Positions 25,194 to 36,921 of a DNA stretch of 64,000 nt are shown piece after piece (positions within the stretch are counted from its first letter, which is position 1; every line of letters begins with the position of its first letter). Under the pieces are notes generated by a model. The model did not search any database, had not been told where the DNA came from, and saw nothing but the letters and a program-made list of their open reading frames with translations. The translations under genes were made by a program, and so were the position numbers. The DNA comes from Oopsacas minuta. Lineage: Eukaryota > Animalia > Porifera. The stretch covers positions 1 through 64,000 of the forward strand of contig JAKMXF010000322.1 in NCBI GenBank assembly GCA_024704765.1. Direction: 5' to 3'.

Positions 25194-26322
25194 TCAGAAA
25201 AACAACCGTTGAGCCTTCCTAAGCCTGGAGTTAGCCACCCTCCCAGGACCGAGCAGTAGAAAGGGGGATCTCTCTCCTGTGACGATACGATAAGCTTCTC
25301 TCAGGTGAGAGGGCAGGAGAGGGGGGTGGACAGGGTGAAAAGGGAGGGACGGCTGGATACGGGGCCGTTTGTGTCGTGGGGGTCTGAGGGCTGTGAGAGG
25401 AGAGGTGGATACAAGGGGAGGGAAGGAGTCCTGCTCAGATCCTGATACAGAGCTACGTTTCATAGGTCGTGACGTCATACCAGTAGAACCTATAACAAAC
25501 ATAATACATTAGTTAATAAGATTAAGTAACAGCTGACCTGATGAATCATGTTTAATGAGGTCACTCTGTGGGAAAGGAGATGACACCGGATCGAATATTC
25601 TAGAAAGAGATTGCTCTCTATCTCTACAGGATAGAGCTGTCTCTACTAATCTCCTGACAGCTTCATAGCAAAGATACCCGAGTACTTCTAGGAGTCTAGA
25701 GCTCCCTCTCTCCTCTATCAGAGGGAGGGATAGCCAGTCCCTGAGCTTCTGGGGTCTCCGGGTAAAGTTAACACTTCTACACTCTGTGAATTCTAAGTAT
25801 TCCTGTGTATTCATACACCTAGTTAGAATCTCATATCTCTGATATCTATACAGCAGTATATAAATCTAATTAGCTGATTAACAGCTGAGTAGCTAACCTA
25901 TCAGTGTTAATAGAGTCAAGACTCTCTTTATCCAGAAGGGAAGAGAAGTCTAGATTGGTGTCAGGTCCTATGGGGTCCATGAATGAGACAGTTAGAGAGT
26001 GTTTAGAGGTCCCACACCCTAACAGAGGATCCTCCATAGACTCCTCTGATACGGACTTATGAACTTGTTTAGCTAGCTTCTTGTAAGACACGTTACGGAG
26101 GACATGCTTCAGTCTATACCTGTCACCTCTCATAAGGAATAGTATGTACTCCAGAACCCTGTCTTCTGATTGGTTGAGGGACATACCGTGTGTGCATATA
26201 TGTGTTATGTCAGCACGAACCATGGATTCTATGAGACCGGCGGACTGCTTAGTAGCTCGTCTGCTATCCCCGCATGCATGCATGATAGCCTGTATCTCAG
26301 TTATAAATGACAAGGACTCCAT
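25194..26322 (-). CDS. SUPT3H: SAGA subunit Spt3 (3 exons)
   Basis: SFITEIQAIMHACGDSRR, MNTQEYLEFTECRSVNF, LEVLGYLCYEAV and LLPSHLREAYR histone-fold motifs. Start placed at the Met at 26322. Confidence 0.9.
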
Positions 26323-26418
26323 AGCTAACAAATACCAATGCATCATAACAGTAACTAACGTATATTTACACAGAAATAATCTATAATTGACACATTCAAT
26401 CTAACATGAATAATTCAG

Positions 26419-27542
26419 TTATTTTCTGTAATAGATCTGGGGGTTAGGAGCATAGTAGTTGTACGCGGGCTGGGGCCCGTAGTTCTGAGGGGGGTAAGGA
26501 GCACTGCTGGAGGTAACTACACAAACATAGTGATAACAATAACTTACATTCCTAATACAAATACTAGTTACCAGGGAATGCAGGAGTTTGTGAATGGAAG
26601 AGAGAGGAAGCAGAGCTGAGAGAAGGCGCTGATGCTTGAGCACCTGATACTTGGGGGTTAAATAACTGAGGGGGAGCATGCGTCTGTTGGTCTAATCCGT
26701 ACCCTTCCTGTATGCCAGGGGTAGGTAGTATGGCAGCTGGGAGCTGTCCTAGATTGCTGTACTGAGCTGTTGAAAGATTGGTGGATGTCTGAGGGGATAG
26801 AGCTCTTGTCTCTTCCTTCGATTCTAACAAAGAAATTATAACATATTATTAAGCCAGTACATGCCAACTACCTTGTGTGGTTGCTATGACAGGCTCCTCT
26901 TTCACCTTCTTTGTATCAGCTGTCTGGACAGGAAGGATAACTTCTTCCTCGATAGATTGGTCCTTAATACCAGAGGGTATCAGCTCTAGCACCCTGTTAA
27001 TCTCATCTCTGAGTCTAACCAGCTCGCTACGTAACTAAACAAAAGATTAAACATACCATGTGTCTTATTTCGTAACTATAGTTACCTGTGGAATGGGTAT
27101 ATCCTGTTTATCCAACTTTTTCTGAGATACAGACAGATGGAGCTTTGGAGTCAGCTGCTTAGCTAGATTGAACTCATCCTCTCCTCCCATAGTCACCCAA
27201 TCACCATCAGGGTCTTTGAACTTTAGAGTCATGGGATCACGCGGTGATATCTGTCCTGTAAACAGCTGTTGTACCATATATTGTAGGTCCTCCCATCCGT
27301 AATCCTCAGACACAGATCTAACCAACCAGATTATTACTAATATTATAATTATGACGTCATACTTACCTGCATCTAATCTCGTCTCTACATTCTATTTTTA
27401 GTAGCACATTCCCTTGACCCAGTGCGTTGCTAGGTGCAGACGTTAGAGCTTGTAAGGCTTGATATTGATTGGTTGGTTGTTGGGTGTTATTAGAGGAGTA
27501 AGGATTCTGGATCAGCTGATTGAACAAATCTCTGTCACTCAT
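26419..27542 (-). CDS. TFG: TRK-fused gene protein (PB1, coiled coil, Q/P-rich tail)
   Basis: LLKIECRDEIR, PB1 motif LKFKDPDGDWVTM, ELVRLRDEINRVLE coiled coil and P/Q/Y-rich tail. ATG at 27542 lies in an exon missed by the ORF track. Confidence 0.85.
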
Positions 27543-27930
27543 TTATAGCTAGCTAACGAGCAAATACATTAATATAGTAACCGTTTTACCGCTAGGTATG
27601 TGCTCTAAGTATAGTGTACGCTGGTTATAAGAACACCCTTAGGAGATAGGAGTAGCAACACATGTTCTTATAACTGGTATAAATATACAGGAATATATGA
27701 GAACCGTTATCCAGTGGATGGTGCTTATAATCGGCATCCACAGTACTAATGATTATGTTATACACCCAATATCCATCCCTCTAACCGATTCTATAGCTAT
27801 ATATGATAGCTGTAAGTAAAGGCAAATCCTAACATAGCCAGTGAAGGATTCATTACTTCGAGACTGCTAACAAATTTAGTTCTGCGGTGACGCACAACTA
27901 TAGTATCATAGCTAATAGAAATTAAAGGAT

Positions 27931-28807
27931 TTAGTCCTCAGGCATCAGATCCTTTGACCCAAACAGAGTGTCATACCCCGCCACCTCTATGATACACCAA
28001 TCCCTCTCAGTAGCCAGGAGGTGTTGGTCCAGGTCCTCTAGGGCGTCTAGCTCCTCCTTTGAGTACTTCTTCACCGGATATGAGGTGCTGACGGTTACTG
28101 TACTAGCGTGTACTGTCAATTCATTAGCGCTATCAGATATTACCTCTAGATCACTAGCCTGGATACGCGGTAATTTCCCTGACTCGAATAGGAGCAAACA
28201 TTCTGTGTGTACCTCAGAGATAGCGTTCTCAGAGATCGCTAGTTTCAAGACCCGTCCTCCTTTCCCTTTCAGGAGATAAGCCCCCTTCTCATTGTCCCCG
28301 TCTAGAGGGGCTTCTGGGGATTGGTGGATTAGTTCTACCTCTGTCCCCTCGATTATTGGCAGCTCCTCTTCTGAATCATCTCCCGTGCCCTCCCCCCCTG
28401 TAGAGTCATCATCATCACCCTAGTTACACAAATATATAAAAGGAATGTTACATATCATATCAATAAATACTTACATCTACCTGGTCTCCTGAGTGACTGT
28501 CATCAAATTCTTCCCCATCGACATTACTCTGTATCTTACCGCTACCATCCAAATCATCGGAATCTCCTTCTGACGCGTCCTCTAGGTCCACTTCGTCCAC
28601 GTCGTCCACTTCTGTCAATATACTATCGCCACTACTCACGAACCCCTCAACGTCTCGGGGCTCAGTGGAGTCAGGCTGTACTTCTTCTGACGGAGGGTCC
28701 AGTTTCTGTTTCTTCAGTCCTGCGTTTGTATCAGCTGGGTCTGAGGATACCTCATCTTGTGAGACACGTCTCTTTGTTTTAGTAGTCGGTTGCTGGGCAG
28801 ATGCCAT
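27931..28807 (-). CDS. Hypothetical protein: basic NLS-like N-terminus, long acidic tract, globular C-terminus (2 exons, intron 28420-28474)
   Basis: Canonical GTAAGT/TAG intron joins the two ORFs in frame; KTKRR and KKQK motifs; D/E-rich region. Family not recognised. Confidence 0.7.
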
Positions 28808-28910
28808 TGGTATGTACGAATATTAAATAATGCTAAAATATCTAATCGGTAATAATAAATAGCTTATGAAGTACTATATGGGTTGATTATAATTACATAC
28901 ACTTATAGCA

Positions 28911-31337
28911 TTATAAATGTACAGGTCTCTTCTTGCTACTCCACAAGGTGTCATGTATAGTAACTGCGTCTATTGAGGAGGAAATCCTCCTAGCGGGGAT
29001 TTCCTGGAACTCCTTAGACCCTGAATTGTACTTGTAAAGTTTAACCAACATCTCTGGGGTAACCTCACGGGGGCCGCAGCCCCCTATGCGTCTAGCACAC
29101 CCTGTCTCAGTGACGTAAGCGTATAGACCCCTGAATTTGCACCCTATAATATCCCTGAAGAGTATCAGGAAGTGATCGGATTGGCTCTCAGACAGATTAG
29201 ATAATATCTCCAATTTCTTAGCTATATTTGGGCCTCCTGCGAGGCATACGTCACTGATTGCATTCTTTACTATTTGCTTGTTTGATTTGTGTTTAGATAA
29301 GGCTGTCTCTGGTATAACCTTTGATTTTGTTACCTTACGGTCATGGTTACCAGCTTGTTGTATTGGTATGTTGTTGCCTTGTAGAGATTGCAAGGAATTT
29401 GAGCTACAAGATGGCGTAACGAATTTGACTCCATCAACTTGTGTTTTAAGGCCAGATTGCTTAGCACTATTCGTATGTCGAGCTGAATTCCTAGTTTCTA
29501 ACATTCTTAACATATTTTTTGCCTTCTCCGTTGCGAAGGGAGATTCTAACCTATTGACGTCATCCCCTGTGGTATAGAACGTAGGCGGCTTTTGGGCGAT
29601 TAGTTGAGTAGGGATGTGGTCAGATATCTTTACAATTCTTGGGTGTATAACTTGTTCTATAATTTCAGTAGAATTATCCTGTAATGTGTTAGGGATATGT
29701 ATACTAGCTTTTAATTGGTTAAATGCTGTATCATCTAATTTATCTATTGAGCTAATTCCCAGCTGATTACAGATATAATCTTCATAAGAGATATTCTGAT
29801 TGGTTGATACGTAAGAGAATGCCAACTGTCCCAGCTGTTGCCTGATGGCTTCATTATTAGGGGTACTAACGATAGCTTTTGATTGGTCAGTTTTCAGCCT
29901 CATGACCTCAGTTCTCAGTAATAAAGAGGCGGGGTTTTCTGGATATTTATTTCTTCTAGGAAATAAGTTCAAATGAATGACGCCATTCGTAATAATCTCT
30001 TGGTTAGCAACGCTTTCATTACTAGGAATGCTGCTATCAGAACTGTTAGAAATAGGAGACTGCTTGAGAGGAGACCAGGCCTCTTTAGTTCCAGTTCCAG
30101 TTCCAGTTCCAGTAGACACGTCACTCGTATCTGAAAATACATCACAATCACTAGTACCTGCTATAACAGCTGGAGGAGATAATACACCGCTAGGAATTAG
30201 GTCTTGAGTCCGTCTCAGGATATCAGTATTCTGACGAGATATACGGGACAGCTCAGGGTCGCTAGAGGACTTCACGGTACTTATAGCGGTACGGAGTCTA
30301 GACAGAGGTCTGCTTACTATTCTAGACATATTACTTCTTGGATACAGAGTAGGAGGATTGGAATGCTGAGAAACTAACAGGTTCTCAAATGAAGGTGTCA
30401 ATAAATTATCAGATGGTATCTTAGCAACAGAATCCATACTATGGAATCTACCAGCTGTCAGGAGATTAGGTGCATGAGGTGACCGACCAATGAGAGCTCC
30501 GTATAGAGTAGGTACATATACACTACATGAACTAGTCACCTCAAAACATAAGAACATAGAAGATAGTGATACCATAACATAGGGTAACATGATGGGATCA
30601 GAACAACGGACAATTCCCTGAGAACTCAAACAGAACTTCAATTGTGGAATCTGCATACACGCATTGGTTACCAGAGTACCATTATGGAATGCATCCTCTA
30701 GTTCTAGAATATCATTAGAATTAGCTGGGAACTTCCCATTAGATATCTGTACACACTGTGGTATATAATAATGTAATATTAACAGTAGGATAGTACCGTT
30801 ATAGAGGGATGAGGATATTGAGGTGACTATTGGTACAAGGGTAGCCAGATGTACCCTGTTCCTCAGTTTATCACAGACAGACTGTACCCATAACAACAGA
30901 CCGTCCTCTAGGCTATCCACACCCTGCATTACTCCAGTTATCTTATGTATCTTATTAACAATACATTCTATAGAAACCTGTGTGGTAGCGGATAGCAGCA
31001 TAATCCTCTCTATAAGGAATAGATGTTCATCTAGAGCAATGGGATCATTCCTAGATAACAATACCGTATCCATGGTACAACCTAATCTGTTTATAGCTAC
31101 TTCAAATGACGTCACCTGCTTAACAGATACAGATTGTATATGAGCTATAAGACAGAAGTACGGGTCACCTTTGGTGAGCCACCAGACCAATTCAGGCCTT
31201 ATTTTGAATGTGTATAAGTCTGTGTATGGATAAGATAGGACTTCTCTAGGGAAGGGAAATATTAAGTCATCATAGTAGGACTGTATCCAACTTATGGCAC
31301 AACGGAAACGTAGATTACGTAATGAGAATGCCATCAT
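28911..31337 (-). CDS. CAMSAP: CAMSAP/Patronin microtubule minus-end protein, single exon
   Basis: CH-like region (LLLWVQSVC, LLLILHYYIPQ) and C-terminal CKK domain (SNKQIVKNAISDVCLAG, FLILFRD, KFRGLY, YKYNSGSKEFQEIP). Confidence 0.93.
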   Translation of the reverse strand: MMAFSLRNLRFRCAISWIQSYYDDLIFPFPREVLSYPYTDLYTFKIRPELVWWLTKGDPYFCLIAHIQSVSVKQVTSFEVAINRLGCTMDTVLLSRNDPIALDEHLFLIERIMLLSATTQVSIECIVNKIHKITGVMQGVDSLEDGLLLWVQSVCDKLRNRVHLATLVPIVTSISSSLYNGTILLLILHYYIPQCVQISNGKFPANSNDILELEDAFHNGTLVTNACMQIPQLKFCLSSQGIVRCSDPIMLPYVMVSLSSMFLCFEVTSSCSVYVPTLYGALIGRSPHAPNLLTAGRFHSMDSVAKIPSDNLLTPSFENLLVSQHSNPPTLYPRSNMSRIVSRPLSRLRTAISTVKSSSDPELSRISRQNTDILRRTQDLIPSGVLSPPAVIAGTSDCDVFSDTSDVSTGTGTGTGTKEAWSPLKQSPISNSSDSSIPSNESVANQEIITNGVIHLNLFPRRNKYPENPASLLLRTEVMRLKTDQSKAIVSTPNNEAIRQQLGQLAFSYVSTNQNISYEDYICNQLGISSIDKLDDTAFNQLKASIHIPNTLQDNSTEIIEQVIHPRIVKISDHIPTQLIAQKPPTFYTTGDDVNRLESPFATEKAKNMLRMLETRNSARHTNSAKQSGLKTQVDGVKFVTPSCSSNSLQSLQGNNIPIQQAGNHDRKVTKSKVIPETALSKHKSNKQIVKNAISDVCLAGGPNIAKKLEILSNLSESQSDHFLILFRDIIGCKFRGLYAYVTETGCARRIGGCGPREVTPEMLVKLYKYNSGSKEFQEIPARRISSSIDAVTIHDTLWSSKKRPVHL

Positions 31338-31738
31338 ACTCTAATGGTAACTAAGGAGATGTGCTGATTATATAAAAGTTTGAACAATTACCCAGAGTGC
31401 GTATGGAACTAATTATTAAATAGAACATAAGACATAGTTCCATATAATCTCGTATTACAATAGTGTACAATAATTATTTGTTGTAACACGAATAGTACAA
31501 TAATTGCCTCATTAGAGACACAATAAATAAGTAACACCTCCCCTTACAAAGAGGAAATAGGATCAATAATTACAGTTTAGGAGGACTCTACAGCTGGGGG
31601 GTGGGACAGGGGTCTGAGGACTCCTAGTGCTAACAATACGATATGCCATGAGAACAATAGAGAGGTTATTTTGCGTATTATTCGTGTCAAAAGGTTAATC
31701 ACATGCAAATTCAGTGTCAAATAGGTTTCTTACTGGAA

Positions 31739-33214
31739 TCAACTTGTACACAATTGTATAGCAAATAAACATATCTTAAAATACACATAGAAATTACCTA
31801 CAGCACAATATAATGACGTCATCATAAGAGGAATGAATTGATACGTAGCTAGATAACCTCCGAAGATATCCAGACAGATTAATGGTAAGAGCCCCGACAG
31901 GTAACATAATTCTAACAGGGACAGCTGATTAGCCTTAGCAACGCATTTAGGTAGAAATATGTGACAAAAACTAATATTCAGGAGGAAGAGACATATCTTA
32001 ATAGGAATCTCTCTCAGCTGAATAACCAATGGGAAGAGAGAGAACACGCCTACAGCTGAGAGAAGAGTATAAATAGGAGTGAGAGAGGGATGCTCTATGG
32101 CTATAAGTGTGAATGGAATTATAACCAATAGAATAGCTTTCTCATGGACATGCCAACCGAAGAGAAAAGAAGAAAACCCACATAGTGTTAATGACGTCAC
32201 AAATCTAACGAATGGATTATCTACTCTATTAACTCGCATTCCTATCAGCATACCTGGTAACATAGAAACTAATGTGCATACCAGCGTTGCTAGGGGCGTG
32301 ACAGAGGGCAGGAATGTATGTGTACCGTCACCAACTAGTCCCCTGGTTAATGAAGAGTTAGAATTAGATATGAATAATTTGGATAGAATTATATCAGCTG
32401 TGTTGTAGAGAGCCCATGCGTTTGGCGCCCAATATGCATGTGTTAAACCTCTCCTGAATGGGAACAGTCTAGACAACAGCTGAGAGAGTTGTGAAATAAA
32501 TGGCAGCAGAGATACGAAGGATATAGATAGTACGGTCAGTGATAAAGCTATGAATCTAAGGGTTGCTATAGTTACTAAGGAATGTCTAGTATGTGAGGTA
32601 TACAAGCAATAATGAGTCAATAAGTATATGAAATAAGCAAACGCGAAGTAAACAAATATATGTTTAAAGAACAACAAGATAGTAAACAGGGCAGCTGCCG
32701 TAATGAACCATTCTCTCTTCATAGCAACCAGAGAGAATATAAGAATGCCAAACAGCATTCCATTATATTGGAAGTGTATATGATCTACAATTAGCAGACC
32801 AGAATTACACACAATTAACAGGGCTAGAGCAATACTACGGTGCTTAACTCTATCAGTTAATGTACTGACGTAATAATCTGTAGCTATAATTAGAATAAGA
32901 TCACTAGCAACCACTGATATCCTCTGGAATGTAACACAATTATCATTAGCATATTCATGATTATCTAGCCGCGTTATGTTAGGGTCTACCATGGTAGCAG
33001 GTTTGGAGAGAAGGAATTCAAAATAAGCGAATAGAGGGGGGTAATCTAGTGTCCATATAGAGTCATTATTATAGTACCATTCCTCTAAGGGGAGTGATGA
33101 CGTGATGGCTAACCAATTCCTGTGTACCTCAAAATCTGTAGAGTGGTAGGCAGGCATCAATAGGAGCTTTATACACGTTATAACTACACCAGTAGTTATT
33201 ACTGTAGAATACAT
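31739..33214 (-). CDS. ALG8: Dolichyl-P-Glc:Glc1Man9GlcNAc2-PP-Dol alpha-1,3-glucosyltransferase, single exon
   Basis: YHSTDFEVHRNWLAIT, WTLDYPPLFAYFE, IVDHIHFQYNG, RLFPFRRGLTHAYWAPNAWALY and FGWHVHEKAIL. Confidence 0.97.
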   Translation of the reverse strand: MYSTVITTGVVITCIKLLLMPAYHSTDFEVHRNWLAITSSLPLEEWYYNNDSIWTLDYPPLFAYFEFLLSKPATMVDPNITRLDNHEYANDNCVTFQRISVVASDLILIIATDYYVSTLTDRVKHRSIALALLIVCNSGLLIVDHIHFQYNGMLFGILIFSLVAMKREWFITAAALFTILLFFKHIFVYFAFAYFIYLLTHYCLYTSHTRHSLVTIATLRFIALSLTVLSISFVSLLPFISQLSQLLSRLFPFRRGLTHAYWAPNAWALYNTADIILSKLFISNSNSSLTRGLVGDGTHTFLPSVTPLATLVCTLVSMLPGMLIGMRVNRVDNPFVRFVTSLTLCGFSSFLFGWHVHEKAILLVIIPFTLIAIEHPSLTPIYTLLSAVGVFSLFPLVIQLREIPIKICLFLLNISFCHIFLPKCVAKANQLSLLELCYLSGLLPLICLDIFGGYLATYQFIPLMMTSLYCAVGNFYVYFKICLFAIQLCTS

Positions 33215-33332
33215 GCTAATCAGTAGTAATGAGATAATTCATTGAAGTTATATATACAGATATAAGCTTAAAAAGCGAATAGAAGTGACAAATGTGAATA
33301 AAACTAGGAGAGGGATTGGAGGAATGGTTGGG

Positions 33333-35179
33333 CTATAATATCCTGAGGAAGCATCTCTCCCACTGAGACGGGAGAATAGAGTCAGATCTAGTTCCAGAAC
33401 AATCCTCAAATACTGCTTCCTTACATACTTCTGTAACCAAATTATCAGGTACATTCTTGTGACAATTCCTGAACTCTTGTCTAGTGATCTCTCCCCCGTC
33501 ATTCCTATCACACCTGTCAAAATACCATTTCAGGGTTCTCCTCTTGTTAAGATAAGGATCTCTGTTAGTTATACGGGAGTAGTTAGCACCCTTCTGAGAG
33601 AACAGTCTCCTCTTAGCCCTGGATACAAGGTTAGGGGGACATAGAAGACAATTAGAATCCTGTCGTGATGTCAGAACTCCGTTACTACAAGAACTAATGA
33701 ACAAATAAGATAATTGCTATAATCTAGTTAACATATAACTTACTGTATAGAGCATATGTGTGTGTAGGTATCACCGTTATGAATATTAACATCTCCAGTT
33801 TCCAGTCGTAGCGTACAGTTATTACCTAATTTAATAATTCATAAATACCTATTAGTTAACACGAGTTAACATAACTATCAACATAATTTGTTGTTAGGAT
33901 ATGCTATAGATAATATAACGCACCAAAATTTGTACAGTCAGGACGTCCAGACTGAAAGCTGCCATATTTGTATACTCCAGTATCTGGCTCTACACACCAG
34001 CAGAATTGGTAGTTAGGAATCTCTGAATAGCATTGAGTATTCTTAAAGTTTCCATTAACCTCACAGCTGGGGAACACGGCCCCTTTTATGTCTGAGTGTG
34101 ACAGGGTACCAGAATTGGCCTTATTGGTCCAATCAATGATCTCGTCATCTGTTGGGCGTGTGTAGGAAGAGACGAGGGGCCTGGTGGATAAGGAACAATC
34201 TGTAGCTATATGATACAGTAACATAAATCGGAGTAGTAAGAAATATTCTTATAATAATATTACTGTATTATGTTAATGCATACCTTGAGCACAAGCAGTG
34301 AGTATTAACTGCGCTGTAGAGTTACAAGATGCTGATTTAAGGGAGCATTCTGATTGATACTGAGTACCGAATTGGTCACACACATGACCCTCCTCTAGAC
34401 AGGGGTACACCTCACACCTATAAATTACAATATAAGTATAACCTATGCGTAAATGCTAGTTCACATCTAGCACGAGTATAGTTATACATAACCATTAACA
34501 GCTGATTACAACCACACAATAGGATACAATAGAATAATAGGATAATACATGAAAGTAGTAATATAACTCACGAAGGTAGAGGAGGGATAGAGGAGGAGGA
34601 GGTCTGACATTGAGGTACACCATTAACTGACACACAGGTTTGATAATCTGGACAATTAACGTATAGACAAACTCTTTGATGTGGTTCTAAACCTATAAAG
34701 TAATAATCTAATTAAATTTCAATAGAGAAATAATTAGCAGACATCACACACGTGTATAATTACTAGAGCTACAATTGTGGTGTGAATTCCTGACAAATCA
34801 TAAGCCCCTCAAAAATACATTTCTTACAAGAAATATAGTTATTGGGTAATTCTATATGCATTCCCGAGAAAGGCGTCGTTGCTAGGGACTGAAATGAAAT
34901 AAATGCCCAATTAACCTCTACTCTATAACTTAATTAGGAAATTATTAGCTATTAGAGAGATAAAAGGTGTGAAAATATGAATATAATGGATTAATAAGAA
35001 AGTAATAAAACTACAAACTCACCAAATTCATCTTGCTCTGCAGCCGGTATAGCACGTGATTCAATCTAAATAAAATATATATTACATACATTCCAGGATC
35101 GGTAAGCGTTGCTAGGATACACAGCCAATTCTAGGAATGCGGATAAATCCGCTGAAGATAACGAGATGGTGCTAGACAT
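33333..35179 (-). CDS. SPARC-family (SMOC/testican-like) protein: follistatin-N, Kazal, thyroglobulin-1, EF-hand pair; 5' end uncertain
   Basis: Exons give CLYVNCPDYQTCVSVNGVPQC (FOLN), VCDQFGTQYQSECSLKSASC (Kazal), FPSCEVNGNFKNTQC...FCWCVEPDTG (TY) and LKWYFDRCDRNDGGEITRQEF...WERCF (SPARC EC). The start at 35179 is one plausible splice path. Confidence 0.75.
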
Positions 35180-36921
35180 ATCAATTACAGAGGTGTTAAA
35201 ACTATATATACACATCCTGGACACAGAATATACCCTAACAACCAATACGTAGATTAGGAATTTATAACTCAATAAACTGGGAATAGATCAGAAACTTGAA
35301 ACTCAGTCACGAGTCCCAATTAACTGTGACAATAATGTATACACACTTATAGAGCACACCTGCTAGGAATACAGAGGGTAGAGATCATACAGGGGGGTAG
35401 GGTGTAGTGTGGTTAAGTAATTTAGAGGTATCCCTCCTATATGTTATTAATATGGGATGAATAGGTATAGGAAATGTATTATTATTAGCATATATACATT
35501 AATTCAATTTGGGTTAATTATACTGTAACAGGTATAGCCAGCAGGAGCAATAAATGAGTGAACAACAAATCGACAATATTAACAGAGGTTTAAATATGGA
35601 TAAGGCGTTAAACTGAGAAAAACTGAACTTATTTACAAAATGAAATTTGTTGTTATTTATAAACAGAAGTAAACAAATTATAATATTATAAACAAACTCA
35701 CCGAAATAAACCAAATAAGTAAAAGTATTAAATTCAAATATTTTGAAGAAAATACTTCCATTTTTGAGTCAGAATTAGAAGAAACGAAAAAAGTTAAAAT
35801 CCAAAAAGGAAGAAATAACACAAACAAAGAACCAGTCAGCGTGTGAAATAATTAATTCATGAAAATAAAACTTTTTAGGATATTTATACATTTGAATAGA
35901 CTCACACAAGAGGTCTTTTATAGAGATTAGTGACTAGTAACTCTATATGAACTGAGCAGCTGTTGATCAATCGATTTACATCAAAGATACATAACAAACA
36001 GGAAAATATTAATAGAGTATATTTGTAACTAATAAATACAGGCAAACTATAATCAGTCATAAATACACAGAATGGTTTCTAATAAACTTCAGAAATTGCG
36101 GTTATAGCAAGTCAGTGGCCTCGTAAACAAGTAAATAAACAAATAAACAAATATTCAGTAAAAAATACAAATAAATGCATATAAATACACAAAACTAACC
36201 GAAAACAAACAGCACTTCACTATCATATCAAATGCACACTTTATCTATAAACAAACAAATAGTGAATCATAAAATGAATAATTGTCGCTATTGCTGGATA
36301 AAATGGTTGTGGATATGTTAATCACTAGCAACAGCTTTACACAGTTGGAATGTTACAATTATATTTCATTTATCGATTGAATGGAAGGAGCGTCCCTGCT
36401 AGTACGAATTACTGTAATACTTGCGCAATACAGCTGTATAGTCTTTGATCTTTAACTGAAAGTCTGTGTATCTGTGTAATTAGTCTACATACGGACTATG
36501 GTTGTAAGCTCTATTAATGTATTATACATATCCAGCAGAGATCTGAACAATTAGATTCTTGCTGTGGTTAGATCGTAGTAGTATATCGGTGTCTAGTCGA
36601 GCCGGGGATTAATCATATGAATAGAATATTATGACACCTCTGACATTTTCTATATAGTGTAACCTCCACTAACGGAGTGACAGGAATGCCAAGAATGCGA
36701 CCCCGTTATGGAGGCTACACTGATTTCAATAAAATCCCCATAATCAATGAAATAGAATAATGTGTGGTATCCAATATTCAGTGAAATAAACAAGAATACA
36801 AATAACAATAACAATAACAACAAATATATGAGGATTATGTATGAAAAAGAAAGTTGTAAACAATATGAATATACCTAACACCTCAAACAATCAGCAACAA
36901 ATCTATCCACACAATTCATTG

